In this document: positions 46,688 through 57,500 of the stretch, one piece after another
Layout: each line of letters begins with the position of its first letter
Position numbering within the stretch: the first letter of the stretch is position 1
IMG/VR virus record: IMGVR_UViG_3300031952_000013
Span: 20,861 to 84,860 of that record
DNA from: a virus
Length of the DNA stretch: 64,000 bases
Direction: 5' to 3' (one strand)
Notes under the pieces: generated by a model
Database searches by the model: none
Told to the model about the DNA's origin: nothing
What the model saw: the letters and a program-made list of their open reading frames with translations, nothing else
Program-made: the position numbers and the translations under genes

Positions 46688-47208
46688 TGAATATTTGGCA
46701 TGGTCACACAGGTCTTGATTTTCCACCGGATGTTGCGGGGAGATCGTGGAAGGTAGCAGTTCAGATGCTTGATTCTCGACTTCCTAGGATAATGAGAACG
46801 ACGGAGAGATTTTTGCAGGATGTTACACCTGAACAAACTGGTTTGATGAAAAAGATGGTCCGTTCTTGGGACCCACGCATAGCAGCTAATGGTGGTTGGC
46901 GTTTTGCTTATGGTTGGAAAAAGACAGAATGGCCTGGGAGGGTTTTTTATCCTTTGTTTGTGCTTGGTGGAACTGGTTTGTACGGTCCTAGACACAAGCC
47001 CATTAGACCTATCCAAGCTCCCTTTTTGGTTTGGAGAGACACGGAAGGTGAGGTATACGTGCGGTCTGAGGTTGCTGGTCAGCATCCCCAGGATTTATTT
47101 GCTGCCTGTGCTGGAAATGTGGATGAACTTATGACTAAAGAGATGAACTTGGCTATGATGGCTGGTTTTAGGTCGATTAAAAATACGACATGTGTTATTA
47201 AGGGATAA
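46687..47208 (+). CDS. HK97 gp10-like neck / tail completion protein
   Basis: TP..TG.M, GTGLYGP..PIRP..A..L.W ... V.GQ.P. Confidence 0.7.
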   Translation: MNIWHGHTGLDFPPDVAGRSWKVAVQMLDSRLPRIMRTTERFLQDVTPEQTGLMKKMVRSWDPRIAANGGWRFAYGWKKTEWPGRVFYPLFVLGGTGLYGPRHKPIRPIQAPFLVWRDTEGEVYVRSEVAGQHPQDLFAACAGNVDELMTKEMNLAMMAGFRSIKNTTCVIKG

Positions 47209-47210
47209 AG

Positions 47211-47681
47211 ATGCCGATTACTGTTCTGAAGCACAAACAGGCTTTGTATGAAATCTTTACTGCGGCTATGGAAGCCAGTCAACCCCTGGATGGATACTGT
47301 GAGGGCGTACTGAAAAGTTCGTTAAAGAAAGTCCCTGGGTGGGATAAGTTTATTACACTGGGAGAGTTTTCGGCTTCAGATGTGGTGACGGGTTTTATGA
47401 ATAAGAAGTGGAGAGTTGTAACCCAGCTTATCCTGGCTGTTTCTCCTGTGAGGGATATCAGCGAAGGAGAGGAATTGGCTGAGGTGTACAGTTATGAATT
47501 GTCCCGTAAGATTAGGACAATTTTGGCTGGTAACAAAATTTTGGTATCCGCATCCTATCCTTCAGGTATATGTATTGAAAGTGTACATTCGGATTCAGAG
47601 TTGTTTTTTGTGGTGATACAGGATTTGATTTGTGCCGTTCAGCAGTCTTCTTTACGGATGAAGATGGTTGAGGAGGATTAG
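47211..47681 (+). CDS. putative neck / tail terminator protein
   Basis: Position before the tail tube. Confidence 0.55.
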   Translation: MPITVLKHKQALYEIFTAAMEASQPLDGYCEGVLKSSLKKVPGWDKFITLGEFSASDVVTGFMNKKWRVVTQLILAVSPVRDISEGEELAEVYSYELSRKIRTILAGNKILVSASYPSGICIESVHSDSELFFVVIQDLICAVQQSSLRMKMVEED

Positions 47682-48178
47682 TGCCTATTTTTCCTGCTAG
47701 TACCTACGCGGCGGTTAAGTCGACGTTGGAGGGTTCTGCTTATCTGACGTATGTGGAAATAGTTACTGTCAGGAAATATCGTCATGGTAATCTTCCTGCT
47801 TTTAATCACCATGCTATTGTTATCAGTCCATCTTTCTCACAGGCTGTTACATATCCGGCGAATCAGAAGTATATTATGAACAGCATGCATCTTATATTGC
47901 TAGTGGTTATGCATTATGGTGAGGAGGATGCAATTTTGGGGAATACCCCAGGGCTTAACCCGCCTAAGGTTGGTATTTTGCCTATGTATGAGGGTGTTTT
48001 TAAGACTCTATTTGAGAACAATTTAGGTGACGAAATTTCGTTAATTCCTGGTATGGAAGAGTTGGATGAACCTTCATTTTTTGACGTTGTTGTGGATGAG
48101 GAAAGGGAAGGGTTTATGATGGAAGCTCGTATAGAATACAGGCCTAAGGGAGAAAGATTTGTTGGACAGCCCTTTTAA
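47681..48178 (+). CDS. putative neck / tail terminator protein
   Basis: Position before the tail tube. Confidence 0.55.
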   Translation: MPIFPASTYAAVKSTLEGSAYLTYVEIVTVRKYRHGNLPAFNHHAIVISPSFSQAVTYPANQKYIMNSMHLILLVVMHYGEEDAILGNTPGLNPPKVGILPMYEGVFKTLFENNLGDEISLIPGMEELDEPSFFDVVVDEEREGFMMEARIEYRPKGERFVGQPF

Positions 48179-48190
48179 GTAGGAGGAAGT

Positions 48191-48421
48191 ATGGTTGACG
48201 TAAAGAAAGTCAAGGTCAGACTCAGGCCACCTATGGGTTATTTGTGTGTAACTACCCCCTCAACTTCGATTATACTACATTCAGGTGAAACGGTGGAAGT
48301 GGATGTGGATACTTATAACAAGAAGTTGAAAGAATTTGCGGACATTGTTCCAGAAAAAGAAAAGAAAGAAAAGAGCGAGAAGAAAACTGTATCTTTTTTA
48401 TTTAAGGATGAAGAGAAATGA
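48191..48421 (+). CDS. small hypothetical structural protein
   Basis: AGGAGG RBS, coupled to the tail tube gene. Confidence 0.55.
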   Translation: MVDVKKVKVRLRPPMGYLCVTTPSTSIILHSGETVEVDVDTYNKKLKEFADIVPEKEKKEKSEKKTVSFLFKDEEK

Positions 48422-49482
48422 CGCTGCCAGGATATGAAGCTCAACGAGTGGAGGATATGTGGTGGGCGTTTTCTACCAAGAAGCAGAAGGATTATGATGA
48501 TGTTCTTGAAAACACTGACATTACTCTTATGCATCCTATCAGAGAGGCTTCGATTGCTGAGATTACTAGGGAAATACGCTCTGATAAGGAAGCCTACGGG
48601 AAGGGTCATGAGTTCACTACTGCTATGTGGGAAGTCGCCAGGGATGTGCGTTTCTCTAGGACGCTGGATGGTAGTTCGACCATTCTGGGTTGGGCATTGG
48701 CGTTTGCTCTGGGTAAAGTTGTTACGACTCAGCCTAATCCGGTAGGTGCGGCTAACACGTATCTGCATACAATGACATTTTTTAGCCCCGTTACGGAAGC
48801 CACGGCACAACTTCCTGTTACGTCTGTTGTTGAATATGTGAGTGCTGGTATCGAGAGATTGTTATATGCGCTGGCTGTAGGTAGTGTGACGATTTCGGCA
48901 GAAGGATTTGAGCAGCTGTCTGTTGCTATCGAGATGATTGGTAGTGGTATGACAGCTACTAATACTATGGTTAAGCCTTCGATGCCCACACTGGCCTATC
49001 TGTCCTCAAACGCTGCAATTATTAAGATGGGTGATTCCTCAGAGGATATCAGTACCCGTATTCGCAGTTGGCAGGTGGCGATTAACAACAATCCAAGAGA
49101 AGCGCGTGGTTATTTCCCTGGTAGTGGTTTGTACCGTGGTCGTATGGAAATTGGAAGCAGGTCTATTCTACCTAGTTTTGTTTTGGATGTGGCGGCAGAT
49201 GACGATTTACTGGCTGATTTCTTAGCTGGAACGGAAGTTGCTCTGGATTTAAGATGCGACGGTGACTTCACGGAAGGTACGACTTATAAACACTACCTGC
49301 GGATTCGTATTCCATCTGCTAAATATCGTGCATTACCTATCGAAGAGAGTGATGGAATTTTCACCTACGCGGTGACGTTTGATGAGGAAAGTGTTATTTA
49401 TGATGCGAATGATACTCCTAATCCTATCTGTACTGTTGAGGTTCAGAATAAGATTGGAAGTTATCTAGTGGAAGGTTCTTAA
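48418..49482 (+). CDS. major tail tube protein
   Basis: 354 aa beta-rich; GWALAFALG, YLHT, INNN, LRIRIP..KY; no sheath gene seen. Confidence 0.8.
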   Translation: MTLPGYEAQRVEDMWWAFSTKKQKDYDDVLENTDITLMHPIREASIAEITREIRSDKEAYGKGHEFTTAMWEVARDVRFSRTLDGSSTILGWALAFALGKVVTTQPNPVGAANTYLHTMTFFSPVTEATAQLPVTSVVEYVSAGIERLLYALAVGSVTISAEGFEQLSVAIEMIGSGMTATNTMVKPSMPTLAYLSSNAAIIKMGDSSEDISTRIRSWQVAINNNPREARGYFPGSGLYRGRMEIGSRSILPSFVLDVAADDDLLADFLAGTEVALDLRCDGDFTEGTTYKHYLRIRIPSAKYRALPIEESDGIFTYAVTFDEESVIYDANDTPNPICTVEVQNKIGSYLVEGS

Positions 49483-49505
49483 TATATTTTAGGAGGGAGA
49501 ATTTT

Positions 49506-50243
49506 ATGTATGAATTGATGCTTCCTGAATGTTGGTTTAAAGTGAGGGAGGAGAGAGGAGACCGAGTAGTGGTGGTTACTCATCACTTCAGGTCTCCCTC
49601 TTCCGAAGACTGGTTGGAGTATTTTAAAGGGATGAGCCAACTTGGACTGAGCAAAGGCCGAGATATTGTAGAACTGTCGGCAGCAGGACAGGAAAAAGAT
49701 GAAGAACTCTGGGATAAGCTCATCCTTCGGGTATCTGGGTATGCGGTTTCTGGTAAGGACCTGATGGGGTTGGAGGACTGGAAGACTAGAATTCCGTTAT
49801 CTCACAAACTGAATGCGGTCTCTGGTTTTCTGTATTTCTCCCGCACGGATGTGGGCGAGAATCCCGTGGAAGAAACTGTGCTGGATTTGGGTGAGTCATC
49901 GAGAACAATGAATTTTGATGTGCTTCAATTGAGTAAGTCTCACACAGTGGTTTTCACGTTTAATCCTCCAGAATCATCTGATTATATCCGCTATAGCAGA
50001 GCTTCGGCCAGGATGCAGGTTGTACGTACCAAGCAGAAAGGGGTTAGCAAATTGCTGGTTCCTTTCAATGCTCCGTTGATGATTGACCTGTTTGACAAGT
50101 TAATCGCTTCTGCGGAGGGTTATTCTTATCAGGGAAAGCCTTTGATGGATGTACCTGATTGGAAGTCGAAGATTGATGCTTATCATAAGAGAGAAGCAAT
50201 CCGAGAACTGTTTGGTATGTCTATGCAGGAAGAGGAGGCTTGA
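49506..50243 (+). CDS. tail assembly chaperone-like protein (internally duplicated)
   Basis: Follows the tail tube; two homologous halves. Confidence 0.65.
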   Translation: MYELMLPECWFKVREERGDRVVVVTHHFRSPSSEDWLEYFKGMSQLGLSKGRDIVELSAAGQEKDEELWDKLILRVSGYAVSGKDLMGLEDWKTRIPLSHKLNAVSGFLYFSRTDVGENPVEETVLDLGESSRTMNFDVLQLSKSHTVVFTFNPPESSDYIRYSRASARMQVVRTKQKGVSKLLVPFNAPLMIDLFDKLIASAEGYSYQGKPLMDVPDWKSKIDAYHKREAIRELFGMSMQEEEA

Positions 50244-50255
50244 GAAGGAGGGGCT

Positions 50256-50648
50256 TTGAACGAGCTACTCCGGCAAGCCGCCAAAGTTATAGTTTCGGAG
50301 GATACAGGAAAGAGGGTTTGCCCTGGAGAGGAAAAATGCAACACCTTTCGTACATCGGTAGACTCGGAGGTTTGCAAAACATGTCCGAGAAATTTATCAA
50401 AGAGCAAACTGTACTCTATCGAAGGGGTGAATGCAGTGCTTCCTTGGTTGTTTCATTTGATGTATCTATATGGACTGACCAAGGTAGGGGCTACCTTTTT
50501 AATTGATGACCTGACAAGAGGGGAATGGGATGGATTGCTTATGTTAGAATCGGTGAAGAACGAAGTGGAACATGAAAAATATGAAGCGGAAAGGTTGAAG
50601 CAGAAAGCTACATCGGCTATTGCAAGCAGCCGAACAAAAAAGAGGTGA
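50256..50648 (+). CDS. second tail assembly chaperone (gpT-like), Cys-containing
   Basis: TTG start with AAGGAGG, same frame as the upstream gene; DLT..EW..L..LE pattern. Confidence 0.6.
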   Translation: MNELLRQAAKVIVSEDTGKRVCPGEEKCNTFRTSVDSEVCKTCPRNLSKSKLYSIEGVNAVLPWLFHLMYLYGLTKVGATFLIDDLTRGEWDGLLMLESVKNEVEHEKYEAERLKQKATSAIASSRTKKR

Positions 50649-50677
50649 GAGAAAGATAACCCGTTGAGGTTATACAA

Positions 50678-51088
50678 ATGGGCAGTTTTTCCGACTATTT
50701 GGAACTTGAACTTCTTGACCATGTATTTAAGGTTGGGGCTTATACTCAACCTACCAAATTGTGTATTGCCCTGTGTAAGTCGACTATTGCAGAAGACGAC
50801 ACTGGTTCGACGCTTCCTACTGAAGTTGCTAATGCCGGTGCTTACGCAAGGAAGCAGTGCAATACGTGGCAAACGGCAGCGGCTGGTGCTACCCAGAACA
50901 ATATTGCCATTACTTTTGTTGAAGCAACAACTAATTGGGGTACTGTTACTGATTTCGCTATCGTTGACAGTGCCACGTATGCTCAGGGTAACATGATTGC
51001 TTATGGTAAATTGACCACGTTCAAGAAGATTGGTACAGGAGACACGGCTAAGTTTGCTACCGGTGACATTGACGTTACTTTGACCTAA
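50678..51088 (+). CDS. virion structural (tail/fibre anchor) domain protein
   Basis: SDYLE..LLDHVF ... YARK ... NWGTVTDFAI ... GD..KF. Confidence 0.75.
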   Translation: MGSFSDYLELELLDHVFKVGAYTQPTKLCIALCKSTIAEDDTGSTLPTEVANAGAYARKQCNTWQTAAAGATQNNIAITFVEATTNWGTVTDFAIVDSATYAQGNMIAYGKLTTFKKIGTGDTAKFATGDIDVTLT

Positions 51089-51110
51089 TGTTTGTTGGAA
51101 GGAGTGAGAT

Positions 51111-52295
51111 GTGTCTGATAAGCCTATTGGATTGCACGTAGCTATACTGAACAAGGGTTGGCTTAGGAGGGAGATGTATGCTATTCTTGATAGGATGAAG
51201 AATACGGCGGGGGTTCAAGTAACTCTTGAACCCCTTAACCGTTGTTGGCATAATCCTATTTTTGCTAACAGAAATATTCTTTCTAAGAGATTTCTGGATA
51301 CGGATTGTGATTTCACTCTTCAGATTGATGATGATATTATTCCGATAAACCATAATCCGGCTGAAATGGTATTTGCTAATAAAGATGTTGTAGGTTTTCC
51401 TGCTAAAGTTCGGCAATACGGTAGGTCTATTAACTGGGTTGCCTTCGTCAAGCATCCAACAGAGGAAGGTTACGCTCCCGTGGATTTTTCTTCCGTTGAT
51501 GATACAGTGGACTTGCTAAAGGTAGATGTTGTAGGAACGGGTATGATTATGGTAAAGAGGAATGTCATGGAGACTCTGTGGAAGAAGGGAGGCGGTCCGT
51601 TTACTCTCGAATTGGACAAGTTTGGGGTTCCTGATTTTGGGACTGATTTTGCTTTTTGTCGCAGGGTTAAGGCGGCTGGTTTTGAGGTTTTCACAACCCC
51701 TCAAAGGCTCTGTGAACATTTTAAAGAGTTCGGTTTACTTGATATTCAGGGGTATGACGAGAGTGACAGCCGAGACCCCGCATCCCATAAGTATGCAATT
51801 CCTTGGGGGGAGTGGGCTATTTCTCAGAAGGATTGGGAATTCTTGCGGAATATCGTTCAGCGGGAAGGAGTTAAGAAAATCTTAGAGTTTGGTTCTGGTC
51901 TTTCGTCTCTCCTTTTATCTGAATTCGCTGAGGTTGTGAGTTATGAGACTGACGCTGAGTGGCTGAAACTTATAGAGGAGAAGAAAATTCCTGGTTACAA
52001 TAATCTTACTTTGAGAAAATGGTCAGGGGTAGATGAGCCGGAAGAACTTTTGTATGGAAAGTATGATATGGTATTTGTTGATGGGCCTCCTGGTAAAGTA
52101 ACCGGGGGTCCTGGCAGAGATATTTCAATTCGTCTGGCGACTAAACTATCTGATAGAGTTGTAGTCCACGATGGTCAAAGGGCTGAAGAACTTGGATTAC
52201 AGCTAAAGTATTTGCGTGGAGAGGCATTTAAGCTGGTTTCTAGAAGTGGTTATTATAGTTCCTGCTGTCACCATTGGCTGAAACGAGTGGAGTGA
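51111..52295 (+). CDS. GT2-like glycosyltransferase fused to a class I methyltransferase
   Basis: NRN..FL, QIDDDI (DxD), GTGMIMVKR.V, GTDFAFC; then ILEFGSG.SS, VFVDGP, VVVHD. Confidence 0.85.
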   Translation: MSDKPIGLHVAILNKGWLRREMYAILDRMKNTAGVQVTLEPLNRCWHNPIFANRNILSKRFLDTDCDFTLQIDDDIIPINHNPAEMVFANKDVVGFPAKVRQYGRSINWVAFVKHPTEEGYAPVDFSSVDDTVDLLKVDVVGTGMIMVKRNVMETLWKKGGGPFTLELDKFGVPDFGTDFAFCRRVKAAGFEVFTTPQRLCEHFKEFGLLDIQGYDESDSRDPASHKYAIPWGEWAISQKDWEFLRNIVQREGVKKILEFGSGLSSLLLSEFAEVVSYETDAEWLKLIEEKKIPGYNNLTLRKWSGVDEPEELLYGKYDMVFVDGPPGKVTGGPGRDISIRLATKLSDRVVVHDGQRAEELGLQLKYLRGEAFKLVSRSGYYSSCCHHWLKRVE

Positions 52296-52552
52296 TGATT
52301 AAAGTACAGAGGACGGTTGAGGAACAGTTGGAGATTCTTATGGGATTGATGTTAGATTTGCAGAAGCAGATAGCTCAAGACCGCCATAAGATGATGGAAA
52401 CGATTGAAAAGCAGGTTGATAAATCTTTTGAAAGCAAGTTGCCGGTTATTGAAGGACGTTTAGCCTTGAGGGAAGCAGTAAAGCTCCGGCAGTTGTTAGT
52501 TGAAAAAGGCATTATAAGAGAGGAAGAATTTTTAGCGAAACTACGGGGGTAG
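52295..52552 (+). CDS. small helical protein
   Basis: LLVEKGII.EEEF motif. Confidence 0.55.
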   Translation: MIKVQRTVEEQLEILMGLMLDLQKQIAQDRHKMMETIEKQVDKSFESKLPVIEGRLALREAVKLRQLLVEKGIIREEEFLAKLRG

Positions 52553-52556
52553 TGAC

Positions 52557-54491
52557 ATGGCTACTCCATATTACGTCTCGCAAGTAGACGGGAACGATAG
52601 TTATAATGGGTTGTACCCTACCTTTATAAGTGGTTCTGACGGTCCTTGGCTGACTATCTCTAAGGCCGACAACCTATCTGGGAGCCAGTCTGATAACTCT
52701 GTTCTTTTCAATCGTGGAGGAACCTGGAGAGAACAGTATGCCTTGGAGTGCTATGGTATATCGGGTCATCCATTCACGGTTGGAGCCTATGGAACGGGGA
52801 ATAAACCAAAGATTTATGGGTCTGACCAACTTACCGGATGGACAGTTTATAGCGGCAATATTTGGCAAGCCACAACGAGTATTAACCCCAACAAATCAAT
52901 CTATTTTGTAAACACAGACGGATCAGTTAAATGGGGGACCAAACAGGCCAATGCCGATGCCTGTGATGCGGAGTATGAGTTTTTTTCCAACGGCACAACG
53001 ATGTACTGCTATGCATTAACCGACCCAGACAGCAGATACACAAGCGTAGAAGTACCAACCAGGGCATATTGCATTGGTGCGACCGGACAATCTTACATCA
53101 CTATTGATGGTCTCGACATAAGACATTTTACTGATAATGGAATTAGGATTTATACCGACGCTGTCTATAATACGGTCCAAAATTGCCAGATATCTTATGG
53201 CGGAGAAAGTGTTTCCGGGGCGGGACAGGGTATTATAATCAGAGGAAGTTATCATCAGATAATCGGCAACACAATCCACGATTGTAGCATTCACGGCATA
53301 AGAACCTCGACAGCTAGTGGTAAGACCACATCGAACATAACCATTTCCGAGAATGAAGTTTATGACTGTTATCATAGCCTAATCGACTTGTCCAACGGTA
53401 ATGCTACTGGAGTAAGTACCGATCATACGGTCACCAGGAACTTCCTATATACCACGTCGAATTATGCTTATCCATCAACGCTTGATTGTAACGGAATCTA
53501 TGTGGCAGGTGCTAGTGCTGACCAACAAAATATTGAAATTTCCTACAATGTCATAATCAATATCTTTGCTGCCGCCATTCAGATTCAAAACAATGTTGTA
53601 AATTGCAACATCTATAACAACACTTGTTACGGAACTAATCCGGTTAATAATTGGAGTTGGACTTCCGGAATTTCCATAGGCGGAAGCGGCTCAAGCGGAA
53701 TAGCGGTGAAAAATAATATCGCAGCTAATTTTTATAGTGGGGCAGGAGGAGGGGATTCTTGCTTCGGTTGCTCGAATTCTGCGTTTATGAGTAGCGTGGA
53801 CAATAATTGCTGGTATCAAGCCACAGGGGGAAGGATATTTGCTCATATCAATACTACTAACTATTATTCCGGTGATTTTGTCGCCTATAAAGCTGCTACG
53901 GGATGGGATACTCATGGGAAATGGGAAGACCCAAAGTTTGTAAACGCTGGTGGGAGTAACCCCGAGGACTATAAATTGACAGCTACTTCCCCTTGTATCA
54001 ACGCCGGAGTAGATGTTGGTTTGACACAGGATTATGAGGGGAATGCTGTTATTGGATTTCCTGATATCGGGGCGCAGGAATACGGGTTGGGGGTTGCTTC
54101 AGATTATCTGGAGAACAAACTTCTTGACCATGTTTTTAAGGTTGCTTCTTTTTCTGTTCCTACTAATTTATACATAGCTTTGTGTAAAGCTACGGTTGAA
54201 GATGACGACACAGGAAGTACATTACCGAGTGAGGTTTCTGGTGGGTCTTATGCTAGGAAACGTTGTAATACTTGGACTGCGGCTTCTGTTGGTGGGACTT
54301 TATCAAATAATATGGCTATTCAGTTTGTAGAGGCCTCAGCTACTTGGGGTACTGTAACTGATTTTGCTGTAGTGGATAGTGGTTCTGGTGGAAATATGTT
54401 GGTTTATGGTAAGTTGTCTTACGCTAAACGGGTTTTGTCTGGAGATATTTTTAAGTTTGCGACAAATGATTTGGATGTGGCAGTGAATTAG
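52557..54491 (+). CDS. right-handed beta-helix (pectin-lyase-like) spike with C-terminal virion anchor domain
   Basis: YYVS..GNDS, Asn-ladder repeats, DYKL...SPCINAG..PDIGA.E; last ~130 aa homologous to 50678..51088. Confidence 0.85.
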   Translation: MATPYYVSQVDGNDSYNGLYPTFISGSDGPWLTISKADNLSGSQSDNSVLFNRGGTWREQYALECYGISGHPFTVGAYGTGNKPKIYGSDQLTGWTVYSGNIWQATTSINPNKSIYFVNTDGSVKWGTKQANADACDAEYEFFSNGTTMYCYALTDPDSRYTSVEVPTRAYCIGATGQSYITIDGLDIRHFTDNGIRIYTDAVYNTVQNCQISYGGESVSGAGQGIIIRGSYHQIIGNTIHDCSIHGIRTSTASGKTTSNITISENEVYDCYHSLIDLSNGNATGVSTDHTVTRNFLYTTSNYAYPSTLDCNGIYVAGASADQQNIEISYNVIINIFAAAIQIQNNVVNCNIYNNTCYGTNPVNNWSWTSGISIGGSGSSGIAVKNNIAANFYSGAGGGDSCFGCSNSAFMSSVDNNCWYQATGGRIFAHINTTNYYSGDFVAYKAATGWDTHGKWEDPKFVNAGGSNPEDYKLTATSPCINAGVDVGLTQDYEGNAVIGFPDIGAQEYGLGVASDYLENKLLDHVFKVASFSVPTNLYIALCKATVEDDDTGSTLPSEVSGGSYARKRCNTWTAASVGGTLSNNMAIQFVEASATWGTVTDFAVVDSGSGGNMLVYGKLSYAKRVLSGDIFKFATNDLDVAVN

Positions 54492-54503
54492 TGGGGGTAA
54501 ATA

Positions 54504-57500
54504 TTGGCCCACACTTATGATACCAAAGTCCAGTTCCTGACGGGGGCAACTGACCCGAGGGAATTCGCCTACACTTGCGGGTCGGGGACGACGCTCCTCA
54601 CCTTACTCATCGTTGCGTCAGGGCTTACGCAACGGACCGGCGGTGCGCCGACTTATAATAATGTCGCCTTCACGCTCGGTGATAAGCAAATAGCCACAAC
54701 TGAGACGAATGTCGAATTCTGGTATATGGTCGGCCCGCCAACTGGGTCATCTCTTACGATACAGATTCAGAATGATAACACCAGGACAATCTTCGGATGT
54801 GCAGCTTCGTTTAAAGCTGCTACTGGTAAAATCTCGGCATTGAGGACTTGTTCAAAAACAACAGGATCAACTGCCAATCCTGGTGGTCCAACAATGACGG
54901 GATTGAAGGCGGGTGATGTTATAGTTTCTATCCTTGGTACTGGTGATAATACTTTTGCTCCTACGGCATTTTCTGGAACTGACGTCTTATACACATATGA
55001 TCCTGCAGCTTATGGAATGGGGTCACAATATTTTTTTGTTCCTAGTACAGCAGATAAATCGCTGACATGGACTGAGGTAACAGCAGCTGATTGGGCAACA
55101 GTGTGTGCGTCGTTCATGGAGAGGGTACCATTGGTTGGTACGGTGGGGGCATCTTCTAATGTTCCGAATACTCCTTACGTTCATAGAACTAGGAAGGCCG
55201 CTGGTATTTCTGGGGCATCTTCTAATGTTCCGAATACTCCTTACATTCATAGAATTAGGAAGTTTGCTGGTATCGTTGGAAGTGAGGAAGTAGAAGACGG
55301 CGGACTTGAGAGTTGGGACGATGCTTTTACTCCGTCCTACTGGAATACGTGGATTGGCGGCGGTACTACTACCATCAATAAAGAGACGAGCAGCCAGCAT
55401 AGCGGTTCTGCTTGCCTCAGATTCGATGTTGATGCGAGCAATAACGCTGCGACCGTCAGCAAGCATCCTGATTACCACACCCAACCAATAACGGCGGGTT
55501 GCTTATATAGGTTGTCTTTCTGGTACAAAACGACGAACGGTGGGGCATGTTGTTTCTTCTTCTATGCTACAGTGCCGTCAACATTTGGCTTGAAGTCAGA
55601 TGGAACGTTCGCTTCCGGTTATCAGGAGATTTACCTAGCTCCTGCCGCTTCATGGACTCAGTTCAGCATTAACTTCGTGGCTCCTGTAGGATACACAGAT
55701 TACAATCTGTTTTTGTTTGGGGGGGGTTATGAGCCAGCCCCGTCAAGTTCGATTTTCTACGATGATGCTTCGTTAACTAGTATTGCTGGTGTCCAGGCGG
55801 TATCTTCAAGTTCTGCTGTATTCAGGAAGGTTAGACCTCTTGCCGGTATTTCTGGGGCATCTTCTAGTGTTCCTAATATTTCTTATATTCGTAGGATTAG
55901 GCATGTTACGGCTCCTGTGATAGCTTCAGTTAGTGCGGCTACTGGTAGTATTACTAAGTCTATAGCTCCTAAATTATTGGTTGGTACTTCTGCTGCTCAG
56001 GCTGCGATAGAGGGTATAGTTGAGCGAGTAAGAAGGCTTTTAGGTATTACCCAGGTGGCTTCTGGCGCACTTGGGATTTTGAAGGAAACTAGAGAGGTTG
56101 TTGGTTCCTTCGCTGCTACTTCTTCAGTAAGTGGCACAACGAAAAGCACCAAAAAACTTGCTGGTACTTCGGTTGCTCTTTCTTCTACTTCTGGAGTTCT
56201 TAGTAGAGCAAAGAAACTTATTGGTTCTTTGGCTGTTGTTTCTTCTACTTCTGGAGTTTTGAAAAAGGTTGGGAAGTTTGCTGGTATATCTGACGCGAAT
56301 TTTTCTGCTTCTGGAATTTCTAAAATAAGCAGAGAGTTTGTTGGTACTTCGGCTGCCGTTTCTTCTGCCTCTGGGGTTTTAAAAGAGGTTAATAAACTTA
56401 TTGGTACTTCGGCTGCTCTTTCTTCTGTTTCTGGAGTTTTGAAAAAGACTAGGAAGTTTGTTGGAACTTCGGCTGCTCTTTCTTCTGTTTCTGGAGTTCT
56501 AAAAAGACAAAGAAGAATTATTGGAACTTCGGTTGTTATCTCGTCTGTTTCTGGTGGGTTAACTACTGGGGGTTCCGCCTCACTTTATGGGGATATATCT
56601 GCGGTTTCGTCTGTATCTGGAATTTCAAAGGTTCGTAAAGAGTTTATTGGGACTTCGGCTGCAGTTGCTTCTTTGTCTGGAATTTTAGAAAGAGTAAGAG
56701 AACTTGTCGGTACTTCAACTGCGGTTTCCTCTACTTCTGGAATCCTGAAGAAGAGAAGGAAGCTCGTCGGTACTTCAACTGCGGTAGCTTCTGTTTCTGG
56801 AATCTTAAAGAGAAGAAGAGAACTTATTGGTACTTCGGCTGCTATCTCGTCTACGACAGGTGTTTTAACAACACAAGGTCAGGTTTCTCTGTATGGGACA
56901 GTTAGTATTGTCTCGTCTGTAACAGCTGTTGCTAAGGTTAAGAAGGAGTTTGCTGGTGTTGTTGCTGGTGTGAGTTCTGTCCCTGCTGTTCCTTATACCC
57001 ATAGAACCAGAGAGGTCTCTTCTATTATTGCTTCTCAGTCGAGTGTATCTGGAAAGGTTAGTCCTAGACGAAAACTTATTGGGTCTGCGGTATCTGTCTC
57101 ATCTACTTCTGGAATTATGAAGGTGGCTAAACCCCTGAAGGGGGTTGTTGGTGGAGTGTCAGTTGTGTCTGGGTATGCTAAAACTAGAAGGGAGTTGGTT
57201 GGGTCTGTAAGTTCTACATCTTCTGTGTTTGGGGTTCTACATCCAAGGAAGAAACTGGTAGGAGCTATTGGTTCTGTATCTGCGGTCACCGGAAGTTTGA
57301 GAAAGTTCTTTTACTTCTCTGGTTTGGTATCATCAGGTTCATCCACTATTGGTATTTTAAAAAGAGCAAGACGGATTCTTGGAGTGGTGGATGGTGTTTC
57401 TAGTCTTGATGCTTATTTGGTTACTGGACAGGAGGCAAGAATACGGGGAAAGATTGATGCAACCTCCTCTGTATCTGGTAGTTGGAATGTTGATTATCGT

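Noticed and set aside
50132-50158. Lambda-type GGGAAAG slippery site in the tail chaperone
   Set aside because: It is in the correct phase, but the -1 frame hits TGA at 50156 and cannot reach the downstream ORF
55146-55880. Repeats in the fibre gene as DGR template/variable repeats
   Set aside because: No reverse transcriptase in the window, and the copies are part of a tandem protein repeat
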